Shown piece by piece: positions 11,028-31,023 of a stretch of DNA of 64,000 bases; within the stretch, counting starts at the first letter, position 1, and each line of letters starts with the position of its first letter. Under the pieces are notes generated by a model that did no database searches, was not told the DNA's origin, and saw nothing but the letters and a program-made list of their open reading frames with translations. The stretch is from Vicinamibacterales bacterium. Lineage in GTDB: Bacteria; Acidobacteriota; Vicinamibacteria; Vicinamibacterales; UBA8438. The position numbers and the translations under genes are program-made. The stretch lies in NCBI GenBank assembly GCA_965207665.1, contig CBDBMV010000001.1, positions 41,366 through 105,365 on the forward strand, in the 5' to 3' direction.

Positions 11028-11734
11028 CAGTTGCGCTTCTTCTTCTTGGCCGTGTCCTGTACGGGAGCGGCGGGCTCGCGGCGCGCCGCCACGGCGCGCC
11101 GAATGAGCACATGGCCGCCCGGCGCCCCCGGCACCGCGCCGTTCACCACCAGCCGGTTGTTCTCTTCATCCACCTGGATGACGCGCAGATTGCGCACGGT
11201 CACCCGGTCTCCGCCCATGCGGCCCGGGCCCCGCATCCCCTTCAATACGCGCGAGGGCCAGGACGACTGCCCGATCGAGCCAGGCGCACGGTGGAACATC
11301 GATCCGTGCGTGGCCCGGCCGCCGGCGAAGCCGTGGCGCTTCATGACGCCCTGGAACCCGCGCCCGCGGCTCTCGCCGACCACGTCCACCTGATCCCCGG
11401 CGGCGAACAACGACGCCACCCGCACTTCCTTGCCGTCCTGCAGCGCGTCGTCCGACGGCGCATCGACGACGGCGACCTCCCGAACTTCACTGAGCCTTGC
11501 CTGCGCCGGATCCACGCCCGACTTCCGGTAGTGCCCCGCAAGCGGCTTCGTCACCCGCGCCGGCCGCTCTTCGACGAGCCCGAGCTGCACCGCGTCGTAA
11601 CCGTCCCGCTCCACCGTCTTGCGCTGCACGACGACGCACGGACCGGCTGTGAGGACCGTCGCGGGCAGCGCCCTCCCGTTCGGGTCGAACACCTGGGTCA
11701 TCCCGATCTTGCGTCCGAGAATTCCGCTCACCAT
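11027..11734 (-). CDS. rplC: 50S ribosomal protein L3
   Basis: ORF-track entry (to 11941) trimmed to the ATG at 11734, giving [20 protein letters not shown]..., the canonical L3 start. Confidence 0.95.
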   Translation of the reverse strand: MVSGILGRKIGMTQVFDPNGRALPATVLTAGPCVVVQRKTVERDGYDAVQLGLVEERPARVTKPLAGHYRKSGVDPAQARLSEVREVAVVDAPSDDALQDGKEVRVASLFAAGDQVDVVGESRGRGFQGVMKRHGFAGGRATHGSMFHRAPGSIGQSSWPSRVLKGMRGPGRMGGDRVTVRNLRVIQVDEENNRLVVNGAVPGAPGGHVLIRRAVAARREPAAPVQDTAKKKKRN

Positions 11735-11757
11735 GGCTCTGTTCCGCGACGGCGCGG

Positions 11758-12090
11758 TCAGGCGTGCTCCTTGCCGAACGCCTTGATCTCGACGTCGACG
11801 CCCGCCGGCAGATCGAGCTTCATCAGTGCATCCACCGTCTGCGGCGTCGGCTCGAAGATGTCGATCAGCCGCTTGTGGGTCCGAATCTCGAACTGCTCCC
11901 GGGACTTCTTGTCGACGTGCGGCGAACGCAACACGGTCCACTTGTTCGTGTCGGTCGGGAGCGGAATCGGACCGGCGAGGCGTGCTCCCGTCCGCCGGGC
12001 GGTATCGACAATCTCGGTCGTCGACTGGTCCAGCACCCGATAGTCGTAGGCCCGCAGGCGAATACGAATCTTGTCGCTGAACGTCGCCAT
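11758..12090 (-). CDS. rpsJ: 30S ribosomal protein S10
   Basis: Trimmed to the ATG at 12090, giving [23 protein letters not shown]...PIPLPT....[22 protein letters not shown]. Confidence 0.96.
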   Translation of the reverse strand: MATFSDKIRIRLRAYDYRVLDQSTTEIVDTARRTGARLAGPIPLPTDTNKWTVLRSPHVDKKSREQFEIRTHKRLIDIFEPTPQTVDALMKLDLPAGVDVEIKAFGKEHA

Positions 12091-12121
12091 TTGGTCTCTC
12101 TTCCTGTGCTGCGGGCCTCGG

Positions 12122-13313
<1,192 letters not shown>

Positions 13314-13321
13314 AACGCCCC

Positions 13322-15427
13322 TCACCTTCCCTGGATCCTGGCCACAATCTCTTCGCCGACCTGCTCCGGCACCTGCTCGTAGCGCTCGAAGTGCATGGAG
13401 AACGTCGCCCGGCCCTGCGTTCGCGACCGCAGGTCCGTCGCGTAGCCGAACATCCCCGCCAGCGGCACCCGCGCGTTGATGATCTGCGTGCCGCCGTGGG
13501 CCTCCATCGACCGCACGCGGCCGCGCCGGCTGTTCAGGTCCGTGATGATGTCGCCCATGTACTCCTCGGGCACCACCACCTCCAGACGCATCGTCGGCTC
13601 GAGCAGCACGGCGCCCGCCTTGCGGGCCGCTTCCCGGAACGCCATCGACCCGGCCATCCTGAATGCCATCTCGGAGGAGTCGACATCGTGATGCGACCCG
13701 TCGTACAGCGAGACGCTGACGTCCTCGATCGGATAGCCCGCCAGAACACCGGTGGTCATCGCGTCCCGGATTCCCTCGCGTACGGACTTGATGAACTCGC
13801 GCGGAATCGCGCCGCCCACGATGTCGTCCGCAAACTCGAAGCCGTGCCCCGGCTGGGTGGGCACCACGCGGATCTTCACGTGGCCGTACTGCCCCCGCCC
13901 GCCCGTCTGCTTCACGTAGCGCGCTTCGCTCTCGGCGGGCCGCGTCAGCGTTTCGCGGTAGGCGACCTGCGGCCGGCCGACCGCGGCAATCACGCCGAAC
14001 TCGCGCCGCAGCCGATCCACGAGCACCTCCAGGTGCAGCTCCCCCATCCCGGAGATGACCACCTGCCCCGTCTGCTCGTCGGTCTTGACGCGGAATGTCG
14101 GATCCTCGATCGTGAGCCGCGCCAACGCCACCGCCAGCTTTTCCTGCTCCGACTCGGTCTCGGGCTCGATGGCGAGCGAAACGACCGGGCTGGGAAACTC
14201 CATCGACTCGAGCACGACCGGATGCTGCTGGTCGCAGATCGTGTCGCCCGTGCCGACGCTCTTGAGTCCGACGGCGGCGGCGATGTCGCCGGCGTACACC
14301 TGCCGGATCTCCTCGCGCTTGTTGGCGTGCATCTTCAGCAGCCGGCCTACGCGCTCGCGGCGGCCGCGCACCGGATTGAAGACGGTCGCGCCCGACTTCA
14401 TGACGCCGGAGTAGACGCGGATGAAGGTCAACTGCCCGACGAACGGGTCGTTCATGATCTTGAACGCCAGCGCCGAAAACGGCGCGTCGTCGTCGGCCGG
14501 ACGCTCCACGGCAACTGCTTCCGACTTGCGGGGATCCAGGCCGCCGATGGGCGGCACGTCGCCCGGTGACGGCAGATATTCGACCACTGCATCGAGGAGC
14601 GGCTGCACGCCCTTGTTCTTGAACGCCGATCCGCACAGCACGGGCACGAACGGCGCCTCGCCGCCACGGACCGACTCGATGACCCGCCGGCGGAGCGTCG
14701 CGCGGACCTCCTCTTCGAGGATCGGCGCGCCGTGGAGGTACTTGTCGAGAATCTCGTCGCTCGCCTCGCTCACCTTCTCGATCAGCAGCTCGCGCAGATG
14801 CTCGGCCTCCTCCCGGCACTCGGCGGGGATCTCCTCGACCACCGACTCGGCGCCGAGCGTTTCGTCGACATAGCGCACGGCCTGCATGCTGACCAGGTCC
14901 ACCACGCCGACGAAACCGTCGGCCGTGTGGATGGGCATCTGCACCGCCACGGGATTGGCCTGCAGCTTGTTGCGGATCTGCTCGAGCGTCCCGGCGAAAT
15001 CCGCGCCCACGCGGTCCATCTTGTTGACGAAGCAGATGCGCGGCACGCGGTACTTGTCCGCCTGGCGCCAGACCGTCTCGGACTGCGGCTCGACGCCGGC
15101 AACCGCGTCGAACACCGCCACGGCGCCGTCCAGCACGCGCAGCGACCGCTCGACCTCGGCCGTGAAGTCGACGTGTCCCGGCGTGTCGATGATGTTGATG
15201 CGGTGGTCGCGCCAGAAGCAGGTCGTGGCGGCCGACGTGATAGTGATGCCGCGCTCCTGCTCCTGCGCCATCCAGTCCATCACGGCCGTGCCGTCATGCA
15301 CCTCGCCCAGCTTGTACGTGATCCCCGTGTAATAGAGAATGCGCTCGGTGGTCGTCGTCTTGCCGGCATCGATGTGCGCCATGATGCCGATATTCCGGTT
15401 GCGAGCGAGGGGGACTTGCCTGGGCAT
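13322..15427 (-). CDS. fusA: Elongation factor G
   Basis: ORF-track entry (to 15496) trimmed to the ATG at 15427, giving [35 protein letters not shown].... Confidence 0.96.
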   Translation of the reverse strand: MPRQVPLARNRNIGIMAHIDAGKTTTTERILYYTGITYKLGEVHDGTAVMDWMAQEQERGITITSAATTCFWRDHRINIIDTPGHVDFTAEVERSLRVLDGAVAVFDAVAGVEPQSETVWRQADKYRVPRICFVNKMDRVGADFAGTLEQIRNKLQANPVAVQMPIHTADGFVGVVDLVSMQAVRYVDETLGAESVVEEIPAECREEAEHLRELLIEKVSEASDEILDKYLHGAPILEEEVRATLRRRVIESVRGGEAPFVPVLCGSAFKNKGVQPLLDAVVEYLPSPGDVPPIGGLDPRKSEAVAVERPADDDAPFSALAFKIMNDPFVGQLTFIRVYSGVMKSGATVFNPVRGRRERVGRLLKMHANKREEIRQVYAGDIAAAVGLKSVGTGDTICDQQHPVVLESMEFPSPVVSLAIEPETESEQEKLAVALARLTIEDPTFRVKTDEQTGQVVISGMGELHLEVLVDRLRREFGVIAAVGRPQVAYRETLTRPAESEARYVKQTGGRGQYGHVKIRVVPTQPGHGFEFADDIVGGAIPREFIKSVREGIRDAMTTGVLAGYPIEDVSVSLYDGSHHDVDSSEMAFRMAGSMAFREAARKAGAVLLEPTMRLEVVVPEEYMGDIITDLNSRRGRVRSMEAHGGTQIINARVPLAGMFGYATDLRSRTQGRATFSMHFERYEQVPEQVGEEIVARIQGR

Positions 15428-15518
15428 CACTCGAGACTTCTGCGTACGGCTCTCGGCCTCCGCAGCGTTCTTCGACTTCAGTACAGCTACCGCCACCGTG
15501 TAATTCCTGAAACCGCGC

Positions 15519-15992
15519 CTACCACCGGTAATGGGCGAAGGCCTTGTTCGCCTCGGCCATGCGGTGGGTGTCCTCGCGCTTCTTGACCGAGCCGCCGCGC
15601 AGATTGGAGGCGTCGACCAGCTCGTTGGCCAGCTTGTCGCACATGGTCTTGCCGTCGCCGCGCTTGCGCGCCGACGACGTCAGCCAGCGAATGCTGAGCG
15701 ACAGCCGGCGGTTCTGGCTCACCTCCACCGGCACCTGGTAGTTCGAACCTCCCACGCGGCGCGACTTCACCTCGAGGCTCGGCTTCGTGTTGTCTATCGC
15801 CTTCTTGAACACCTTCAGCGGATCGTCGCCCGTCCGCTCCTTGATGACGTCCAGGCTGCCGTAGACGATGCCCTCCGCCACGCTGCGCTTGCCGCCCTTC
15901 ATGATCATCCGGACGAACTTGGTCACCAGCGTGCTGCTGTAGATCGGATCGGGCGGCACTTCCCGCTTCGGAACTTCTCGTCGCCGCGGCAT
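15519..15992 (-). CDS. rpsG: 30S ribosomal protein S7
   Basis: 157 aa, [23 protein letters not shown]......GKRS.AE.I.Y.... Confidence 0.97.
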   Translation of the reverse strand: MPRRREVPKREVPPDPIYSSTLVTKFVRMIMKGGKRSVAEGIVYGSLDVIKERTGDDPLKVFKKAIDNTKPSLEVKSRRVGGSNYQVPVEVSQNRRLSLSIRWLTSSARKRGDGKTMCDKLANELVDASNLRGGSVKKREDTHRMAEANKAFAHYRW

Positions 15993-16039
15993 CTGTCGTT
16001 CCTATCCCTTGCAGCCTTCGCGCCGGCAATCCATGCGCG

Positions 16040-16414
16040 TCACGCCTTGGGCCGCTTCGCGCCGTACTTCGAGCGCGACTGCTTGCGCCCCTGCACGCCG
16101 ACGGCGTCCAGCGTCCCCCGCACCACGTGATACCGCACGCCCGGGAGATCCTTGACACGCCCGCCGCGGATCAGCACCAGCGAGTGCTCCTGCAGGTTGT
16201 GCCCCTCCCCGGGGATGTAGCTCGTCACCTCGATGCCGTTGGTCAGGCGAACCCGCGCCACCTTGCGCAAGGCCGAGTTCGGCTTCTTCGGCGTCTGCGT
16301 GAACACGCGAACGCAGACGCCCCGCTTCTGCGGGCACCGCTGGAGCGCGGGACTCTTCGTCTTGTTGAGCATGGGGACGCGCCCCTTGCGAACAAGCTGG
16401 CTGATCGTCGGCAC
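16040..16414 (-). CDS. rpsL: 30S ribosomal protein S12
   Basis: Trimmed to the GTG at 16414, preceded by GGAGGAG with a 5-nt gap. Gives (M)[11 protein letters not shown]....[25 protein letters not shown]. Confidence 0.95.
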   Translation of the reverse strand: MPTISQLVRKGRVPMLNKTKSPALQRCPQKRGVCVRVFTQTPKKPNSALRKVARVRLTNGIEVTSYIPGEGHNLQEHSLVLIRGGRVKDLPGVRYHVVRGTLDAVGVQGRKQSRSKYGAKRPKA

Positions 16415-16630
16415 TACAACTCCTCCGGCACCGCGTGCTGCGCAACGCGTCGGCGGTGAACGTCTCTGGCCCAGGCCTAGAAGCCGATACCGGCTTGGCG
16501 CCTGCGGCCGGTCAAGCCTATTTCTGTATGCGCGTCGAGGGACTACAGGTCGGAGCAAAACGGGAAACGTCAAACTCCGACCAAACCCGCGAAAGATATC
16601 ACATAACTCCGGTGCGGGCAACGCGGCCGG

Positions 16631-25218
<8,588 letters not shown>

Positions 25219-25311
25219 AGCTGCATCCCTCGCGGATCGATTCGGTGACCGTGGGTGCCCGGGCAGCGGCGCGCCGCCGGGACCCGGCAATCAATTGCAG
25301 CGGGCGGCGCG

Positions 25312-25698
25312 TTACTTGATCTCGACCTTGGCGCCGACGTCCTCGAACTTCTTCCTGATGTTCTCGGCCTCTTCCTTGGGGATGTCCTCCCTTACCGCCT
25401 TCGGGGCGCTCTCGACCAGGTCCTTGGCTTCCTTCAGCCCGAGGCTGGTTACCTCGCGCACCACCTTGATGACGTTGATCTTCTTGGCGCCGACCTCGGT
25501 CAGCGTGACGGTGAACTCCGTCTTCTCCTCGGCCTCGGCCTCGGACGCGGCCGCGGTGGCCCCGGCCACCGCGACCGGCATGGCCGCCGCCGCCGACACG
25601 CCGAGCTCCTCTTCCAGCGTCTTGACGAGCCGTGACAGCTCCAGAACGGAAATGCCCTTGATGTATTCGACAACCTGCTCCTGCGTGACGTCAGCCAT
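25312..25698 (-). CDS. rplL: 50S ribosomal protein L7/L12
   Basis: 128 aa, ...LSVLELS.LVK.LEE..GV.AAA... and C-terminal ...[32 protein letters not shown] lies 8 nt inside the rplJ 3' end. Confidence 0.96.
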   Translation of the reverse strand: MADVTQEQVVEYIKGISVLELSRLVKTLEEELGVSAAAAMPVAVAGATAAASEAEAEEKTEFTVTLTEVGAKKINVIKVVREVTSLGLKEAKDLVESAPKAVREDIPKEEAENIRKKFEDVGAKVEIK

Positions 25699-26224
25699 CG
25701 TTGCTCCTTCTCTTCTTCTCTTCCTGCGCCAGCACGCTCACCAGATTGCGCGGTACGGCGCCCAGCACCTGCACGAACTGCGTCGCCGGCGCGTTCAGCA
25801 CCGCGAGCAGCTTCGCCTGCATCTCCTGCTTGGGAGGCAGCTCCGCGAGCGCCGTGACGGCGTCCGGCTGGACCTCCTCGCCCTCCACCACGGCGGCCTT
25901 GACCTTGAGCACCGGCGTGGTCTTCGTGAACGCCACGAGCGTCTTGGCCAGCGCCACCGGGTCCGCGCTGCTGTAAGCAACCGCGGTCGTGCCGCGGAAG
26001 TGCGGCCGCAGCACCTCGTGCGGCGTGCCTTCGACGGCGCGCACGGCGAGGCGGTTCTTGACCACGCGGTACTGCGCGGTCGCCGCGCGGACCTGCCGCC
26101 GCAGCTCCGTGGTCTGCGGCACGTCCAGGCCCTTGAAGTCGAGCACCACTACGTGCCCGGCGCCGCCCAGCTCCTTCGAGAGCAGCGCGACCTGCGCTTC
26201 CTTCTGGGTCCGTGAAATCGCCAT
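25691..26224 (-). CDS. rplJ: 50S ribosomal protein L10
   Basis: 177 aa, [19 protein letters not shown]......VV.DFKGL.V..T.ELRR..R......VVKN.LA..A. Located between rplA and rplL. Confidence 0.94.
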   Translation of the reverse strand: MAISRTQKEAQVALLSKELGGAGHVVVLDFKGLDVPQTTELRRQVRAATAQYRVVKNRLAVRAVEGTPHEVLRPHFRGTTAVAYSSADPVALAKTLVAFTKTTPVLKVKAAVVEGEEVQPDAVTALAELPPKQEMQAKLLAVLNAPATQFVQVLGAVPRNLVSVLAQEEKKRRSNDG

Positions 26225-26258
26225 GAATCGATTCGCCTGTTCCGGCCCGTCTCCGGAG

Positions 26259-26963
26259 CTACGACCGCGTCGCAGCCTCGACGCCAGTGCTGTCGATGCG
26301 CACTCCCGGCCCCATCGTCGACGCGACGGTAATGCTCTTGAGATAGCGACCCTTGGCCGCCGCGGGCTTGGCGCCGATCACGCTCGACGCCAGCGCGTAC
26401 GCGTTGGCCAAGAGCGACTCCGCGGGAAACGACGCCTTGCCGATCGGCGCGTGAACCACGCCCGCCTTGTCGACCCGGTAGTTGACCTTGCCCGCCTTGA
26501 TCTCGGCCACCGCCTTGGCGACGGCCGTGGTGACCGTACCCGTCTTCGGATTGGGCATCAAGCCGCGCGGCCCGAGGACGCGCCCGAGCTTGCCGACCGC
26601 ACGCATCATGTCCGGCGTGGCCACCACCGCATCGAAGTCCATCCAGCCGCCCTGGATCTTCTCCACCATCTCCTCGCCGCCCACGGTGTCGGCGCCGGCC
26701 TCCTCGGCTTCCTTCTGTCCGTCGGGACCGGCGATGACCAGCACCCGCTTGCTGCGTCCGAGCCCGTGCGGCAGCACCACGGTGCCGCGCACCATCTGGT
26801 CGGCGTGCCGCGGGTTGACGCCGAGGCGCATGGCCATCTCAATCGATTCGTCGAACTTTGCGAACCGGATGCTCTGGACCAGCGGAATGGCGTCTTCCAG
26901 GGAATAGAGCCGGGACTCCACCCTGGCCCGCGCCGCATCGAACTGCTTGCCGTTTCTTCCCAT
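26259..26963 (-). CDS. rplA: 50S ribosomal protein L1
   Basis: 234 aa, ...FDESIE.A..LGV.PR.ADQ.VRG.V.LPHG.G...RV.V... Confidence 0.96.
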   Translation of the reverse strand: MGRNGKQFDAARARVESRLYSLEDAIPLVQSIRFAKFDESIEMAMRLGVNPRHADQMVRGTVVLPHGLGRSKRVLVIAGPDGQKEAEEAGADTVGGEEMVEKIQGGWMDFDAVVATPDMMRAVGKLGRVLGPRGLMPNPKTGTVTTAVAKAVAEIKAGKVNYRVDKAGVVHAPIGKASFPAESLLANAYALASSVIGAKPAAAKGRYLKSITVASTMGPGVRIDSTGVEAATRS

Positions 26964-26993
26964 GACCTCGCCCGGCGGGGGATCGGACCCCTC

Positions 26994-27416
26994 TTATGAC
27001 TCGACCTCGATACCCATTGACCGCGCCGTGCCCGCCACGGTATTGACGGCCATCTCCAGGCTGCCGCAGTTCAGGTCCGGCATCTTCGTCCTGGCGATCT
27101 CCTCGACCTGCTGCCGCGTAACCGTGCCCACCTTGGAGCGGTTCGGCTCCCCGGAACCCTTGGCGATGTTCGCCGCGCGCTTGAGCAGCACGGCCGCCGG
27201 CGGCGTCTTGGTGATGAAGCTGTACGACCGGTCCTGGTAGACGGTCACGACCGCCGGAATGATCAACCCGTCCTGCGCTGCCGTCTTGGCGTTGAACGCC
27301 TTGCAGAAGTCCATGATGTTGACGCCGTGCGGGCCGAGCGCCGTGCCGACCGGCGGCGCCGGCGTAGCCTTGCCGGCGGCAATCTGCAGCTTTACCTGAC
27401 CGATGACCTTCTTCAC
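26994..27416 (-). CDS. rplK: 50S ribosomal protein L11
   Basis: 140 aa, (M)[42 protein letters not shown]. The GTG start shares 1 nt with the nusG stop (TAGTG). Confidence 0.97.
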   Translation of the reverse strand: MKKVIGQVKLQIAAGKATPAPPVGTALGPHGVNIMDFCKAFNAKTAAQDGLIIPAVVTVYQDRSYSFITKTPPAAVLLKRAANIAKGSGEPNRSKVGTVTRQQVEEIARTKMPDLNCGSLEMAVNTVAGTARSMGIEVES

Positions 27417-27958
27417 TAGATCTTCTCCACCTGCAGGAAATCGAGCTCGACAGGTGTCGAGCGGCCGAAGATCGTGACCATGACCTTCACGGTGTTGCGA
27501 TCGATGTTCACCTCATCGACCACGCCGTTGAAGCTGGTGAACGGCCCCTCGTTGATCCGCACCTGGTCGCCGCGGTCGAAGGAGTACTTCGGCTTCGGCT
27601 TCTCGGCGGCCACCGTGACCTGATGCAGGATCTGGTCGACCTCCTCCCGGGTCAGCGGCGTCGGCTGCGCTCCCGCGCCCACGAAACCGGTGACCTTGGG
27701 CGTGTTCTTGACGACATGCCAGGCGTCGTCCGACATCTGCATCTCGATCAGGATGTAGCCGGGAAAGAAGCGCTTCGAGCTGACCACCTTCTTGCCGCCG
27801 CGCATCTCCACCACGTCCTCGGTCGGAATCAGAATCTCGCCGATATCGTTCTGCAGATCGTAGGCCTGCACGCGCTGCTGCAGGGAGTCGGCGACCTTCT
27901 TCTCGAAGCCCGAGTAGGTGTGCACGATGTACCACTGCTTCGTACTGACGTCCGTCAT
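27416..27958 (-). CDS. nusG: Transcription termination/antitermination factor NusG
   Basis: Trimmed to the ATG at 27958, giving [22 protein letters not shown].... KOW motif [20 protein letters not shown] overlap with the secE stop. Confidence 0.95.
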   Translation of the reverse strand: MTDVSTKQWYIVHTYSGFEKKVADSLQQRVQAYDLQNDIGEILIPTEDVVEMRGGKKVVSSKRFFPGYILIEMQMSDDAWHVVKNTPKVTGFVGAGAQPTPLTREEVDQILHQVTVAAEKPKPKYSFDRGDQVRINEGPFTSFNGVVDEVNIDRNTVKVMVTIFGRSTPVELDFLQVEKI

Positions 27959-28206
27959 GACGCACCGAATGTCGTGAAGATCAGTCGCGCCACCCTGTCG
28001 AGCACCAGATCCGCGCCCCACAGGTAGACGCCGAACAGGATCGAGGTCAGGATCACGACGAGCGTGGTAGCCTGAACCTCTTTCCAGGTAGGCCACGTGA
28101 CGCGCGCGACCTCGTTCTGCACCTGGGCCAGGAATACGCGCGCCCGGCCGAACCATCCGGTCGGACTCTTTTCGCGCACCCGGTCCAGCATCGCCGATTT
28201 CACCAT
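27955..28206 (-). CDS. secE: Preprotein translocase subunit SecE (single-TM form)
   Basis: ...[40 protein letters not shown]..., the SecE signature plus a TM helix. ATG at 28206 preferred. A GTG at 28245 (7 nt from tRNA-Trp) is an alternative start. Confidence 0.85.
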   Translation of the reverse strand: MVKSAMLDRVREKSPTGWFGRARVFLAQVQNEVARVTWPTWKEVQATTLVVILTSILFGVYLWGADLVLDRVARLIFTTFGAS

Positions 28207-28252
28207 TGTCGTCGCCCGCTGCGGAACCGCGTCTCCCCGCTCCACGCGTCGT

Positions 28253-28328
28253 TGGCAGGCCAGGAGGGACTCGAACCCCCAGCCCCCGGTTTTGGAGACC
28301 GGTGCTCTACCAGTTGAGCTACTGGCCT
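28253..28328 (-). tRNA. trnW: tRNA-Trp (anticodon CCA), CCA end encoded
   Basis: Minus strand AGGCCAGTAGCTCAACTGGTAGAGCACCGGTCTCCAAAACCGGGGGCTGGGGGTTCGAGTCCCTCCTGGCCTGCCA. 7-bp acceptor stem, CT-CCA-AA anticodon loop, GGTTCGAGTCC T-arm. Confidence 0.93.
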
Positions 28329-28341
28329 GTATCCACGCGGC

Positions 28342-28491
28342 CTACTTCGTCTCCCGATGGTCGACATGCCGGCGGCACCAGCGGCAGTACTTCTTCATCT
28401 GGAGGCGTTCCGTCGTCTTCCGCTTGTTCTTCGTCGTGTTGTACGTGCGCCGTTTGCACTCGGTGCACGCGAGGATGATGATGTCGCGCAC
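28342..28491 (-). CDS. rpmG: 50S ribosomal protein L33 (zinc-ribbon form), 49 aa, not in the ORF track
   Basis: Hand translation from GTG 28491 gives (M)[48 protein letters not shown]. CxxC...CxxC and KNK..T..RL...KYC..C..H..H.E.K are L33 hallmarks. GAGAGG lies upstream. Classical tuf-rpmG-secE position. Confidence 0.88.
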   Translation of the reverse strand: MRDIIILACTECKRRTYNTTKNKRKTTERLQMKKYCRWCRRHVDHRETK

Positions 28492-28506
28492 TGGCTTCTT
28501 CTACCT

Positions 28507-28595
28507 CTCGGGGCTGCGCCCCGAACCCCCGGCGGCCACTAGCGGGGACCCCGTAGCCCCGCGCCGTGGCCGCCGAGGCCCGCTGTGCGGGCCTT
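28507..28595 (-). repeat. 89-nt three-hairpin intergenic element, copy A (tuf-rpmG spacer)
   Basis: Minus strand AAGGCCCGCACAGCGGGCCTCGGCGGCCACGGCGCGGGGCTACGGGGTCCCCGCTAGTGGCCGCCGGGGGTTCGGGGCGCAGCCCCGAG. Collinear with 47460..47548. Confidence 0.65.
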
Positions 28596-28600
28596 CGCCG

Positions 28601-29792
<1,192 letters not shown>

Positions 29793-29852
29793 CCACTCTC
29801 CGCGTATCCCTGCCAACCCGCCTGGCTGCGCGCGGCGCGGCGCCAGGATGTC

Positions 29853-29928
<76 letters not shown>

Positions 29929-29955
29929 GTGCTCGTCCACGCACGTCATGAATAC

Positions 29956-30030
29956 TGGAGCGGGAGACGGGGATCGAACCCGCGACCAACAGCTTGGAAG
30001 GCTGTGACTCTACCACTGAGTTACTCCCGC
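29956..30030 (-). tRNA. trnG: tRNA-Gly (anticodon TCC), CCA encoded
   Basis: Minus strand GCGGGAGTAACTCAGTGGTAGAGTCACAGCCTTCCAAGCTGTTGGTCGCGGGTTCGATCCCCGTCTCCCGCTCCA. Confidence 0.93.
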
Positions 30031-30055
30031 CTTCTCGTCTAGCCGTCATGAAAAC

Positions 30056-30142
30056 TGGTGGCGAGGGGAGGATTCGAACCTCCGAAGCCACTTGGGCGAC
30101 AGATTTACAGTCTGTTGCGTTTGACCGCTCCGCAACCTCGCC
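30056..30142 (-). tRNA. trnY: tRNA-Tyr (anticodon GTA), long variable arm, CCA encoded
   Basis: Minus strand GGCGAGGTTGCGGAGCGGTCAAACGCAACAGACTGTAAATCTGTCGCCCAAGTGGCTTCGGAGGTTCGAATCCTCCCCTCGCCACCA. Confidence 0.93.
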
Positions 30143-30187
30143 GACCTCCGCACACCGCTGGCCGCCGGGCGCGTTCGCCAAGTTCTC

Positions 30188-30264
30188 TGGAGCTGGCGAA
30201 GGGATTCGAACCCCCGACCCGCTGATTACAAATCAGCTGCTCTACCGGACTGAGCTACGCCAGC
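30188..30264 (-). tRNA. trnT: tRNA-Thr (anticodon TGT), CCA encoded
   Basis: Minus strand GCTGGCGTAGCTCAGTCCGGTAGAGCAGCTGATTTGTAATCAGCGGGTCGGGGGTTCGAATCCCTTCGCCAGCTCCA. Confidence 0.93.
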
Positions 30265-30278
30265 GGCGCAAACTCGTT

Positions 30279-30287
30279 ACTATAGCA
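30279..30287 (-). promoter_or_regulatory. Candidate extended -10 promoter (TGCTATAGT) for the tRNA-tuf transcription unit
   Basis: Minus strand ...CTTGAGTTCGCTCGTCTTTTCCTGTGCTATAGTAACGAGTTTGCGCC followed by the tRNA-Thr(TGT) 5' end 14 nt after the hexamer. Confidence 0.4.
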
Positions 30288-30306
30288 CAGGAAAAGACGA
30301 GCGAAC

Positions 30307-31023
30307 TCAAGAAGTTGCCTCCGCCCGCTGGCGCGCCGCCTCGAACAGCGCCACGCCGGCCGCGACCGACACGTTGAGGCTGGCCACGCGCCCCCGCATC
30401 GGAATCGCCGCCAGCCAGTCGCAGCGCTCACGCACCAGCCGGCGCAGTCCGCGCCCCTCGGCCCCCAGCACCAGCGCGATGCTCCCGGTCAGGTCCAGGC
30501 GGTGATACGGTTGGGGCGCGTCCTGGTCCAGTCCGACGGTCCACACCCCCGCGGCGCGCAGCTCGTCGAGCGCCCGGGAGATGTTGACGACCGCCGCACA
30601 TGGCAGGTGCGCCAACGCGCCGGCCGCTGCTTTCTGCGCCGTGGCGCCCATGGGCGCGGAGCGCCGCGTCTGGTGAATCAGGCCGTCCGCGCCCGCCGCT
30701 TCGGCCGCGCGCGCCACCGCGCCGAAATTGCGGGGGTCCTCGATCCCGTCGAGCACGACGACGAGCGGCGCCGCAACGTCCCGTATGAGATCCTGGACCG
30801 TCCGCGGCGCCGGATCGACGACGTCGGCCGCCACCCCCTGGTGCGCCGCGCCCGGCGCCAGACGCTCCAGTTCCGCCGCGTCGAGATGCTGCACCGTTAC
30901 GCCGGCGCGGCGCGCGCGGTCGACCAGCCGCGCCACGCGCGGTCCGCCGGCGCTCGTCCAGATACGCGACACGGCGCCGGCGCGCAGCGCTTCCGTGACG
31001 GGATTGATCCCGTATACGAGCAT
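30307..31023 (-). CDS. rlmB: SpoU/TrmH-family rRNA 2'-O-methyltransferase (RlmB-like)
   Basis: Trimmed to the ATG at 31023, giving MLVYGINPVTEAL.... Motifs ...LDGIEDPRNFGAVARAAEAAGADG..., ...LVLGAEGRGLR... and ...IPM.G...SLNVSVAAGV.LFE. Start shares 1 nt with the ispDF stop. Confidence 0.85.
   Translation of the reverse strand: MLVYGINPVTEALRAGAVSRIWTSAGGPRVARLVDRARRAGVTVQHLDAAELERLAPGAAHQGVAADVVDPAPRTVQDLIRDVAAPLVVVLDGIEDPRNFGAVARAAEAAGADGLIHQTRRSAPMGATAQKAAAGALAHLPCAAVVNISRALDELRAAGVWTVGLDQDAPQPYHRLDLTGSIALVLGAEGRGLRRLVRERCDWLAAIPMRGRVASLNVSVAAGVALFEAARQRAEATS

Noticed and set aside
15428-15496. ORF-track 5' extensions (fusA here; also rplE, rplC, rpsJ, rpsL, rpoB, nusG, rlmB, plsC, radA, rpsF, prs, purH, nqrE, nqrA)
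   Set aside because: The longest-ORF starts add Arg/Gly-rich residues that are absent from the conserved family N-termini. They often run into the upstream gene. Internal starts match the canonical N-termini and/or SD motifs or stop/start coupling.
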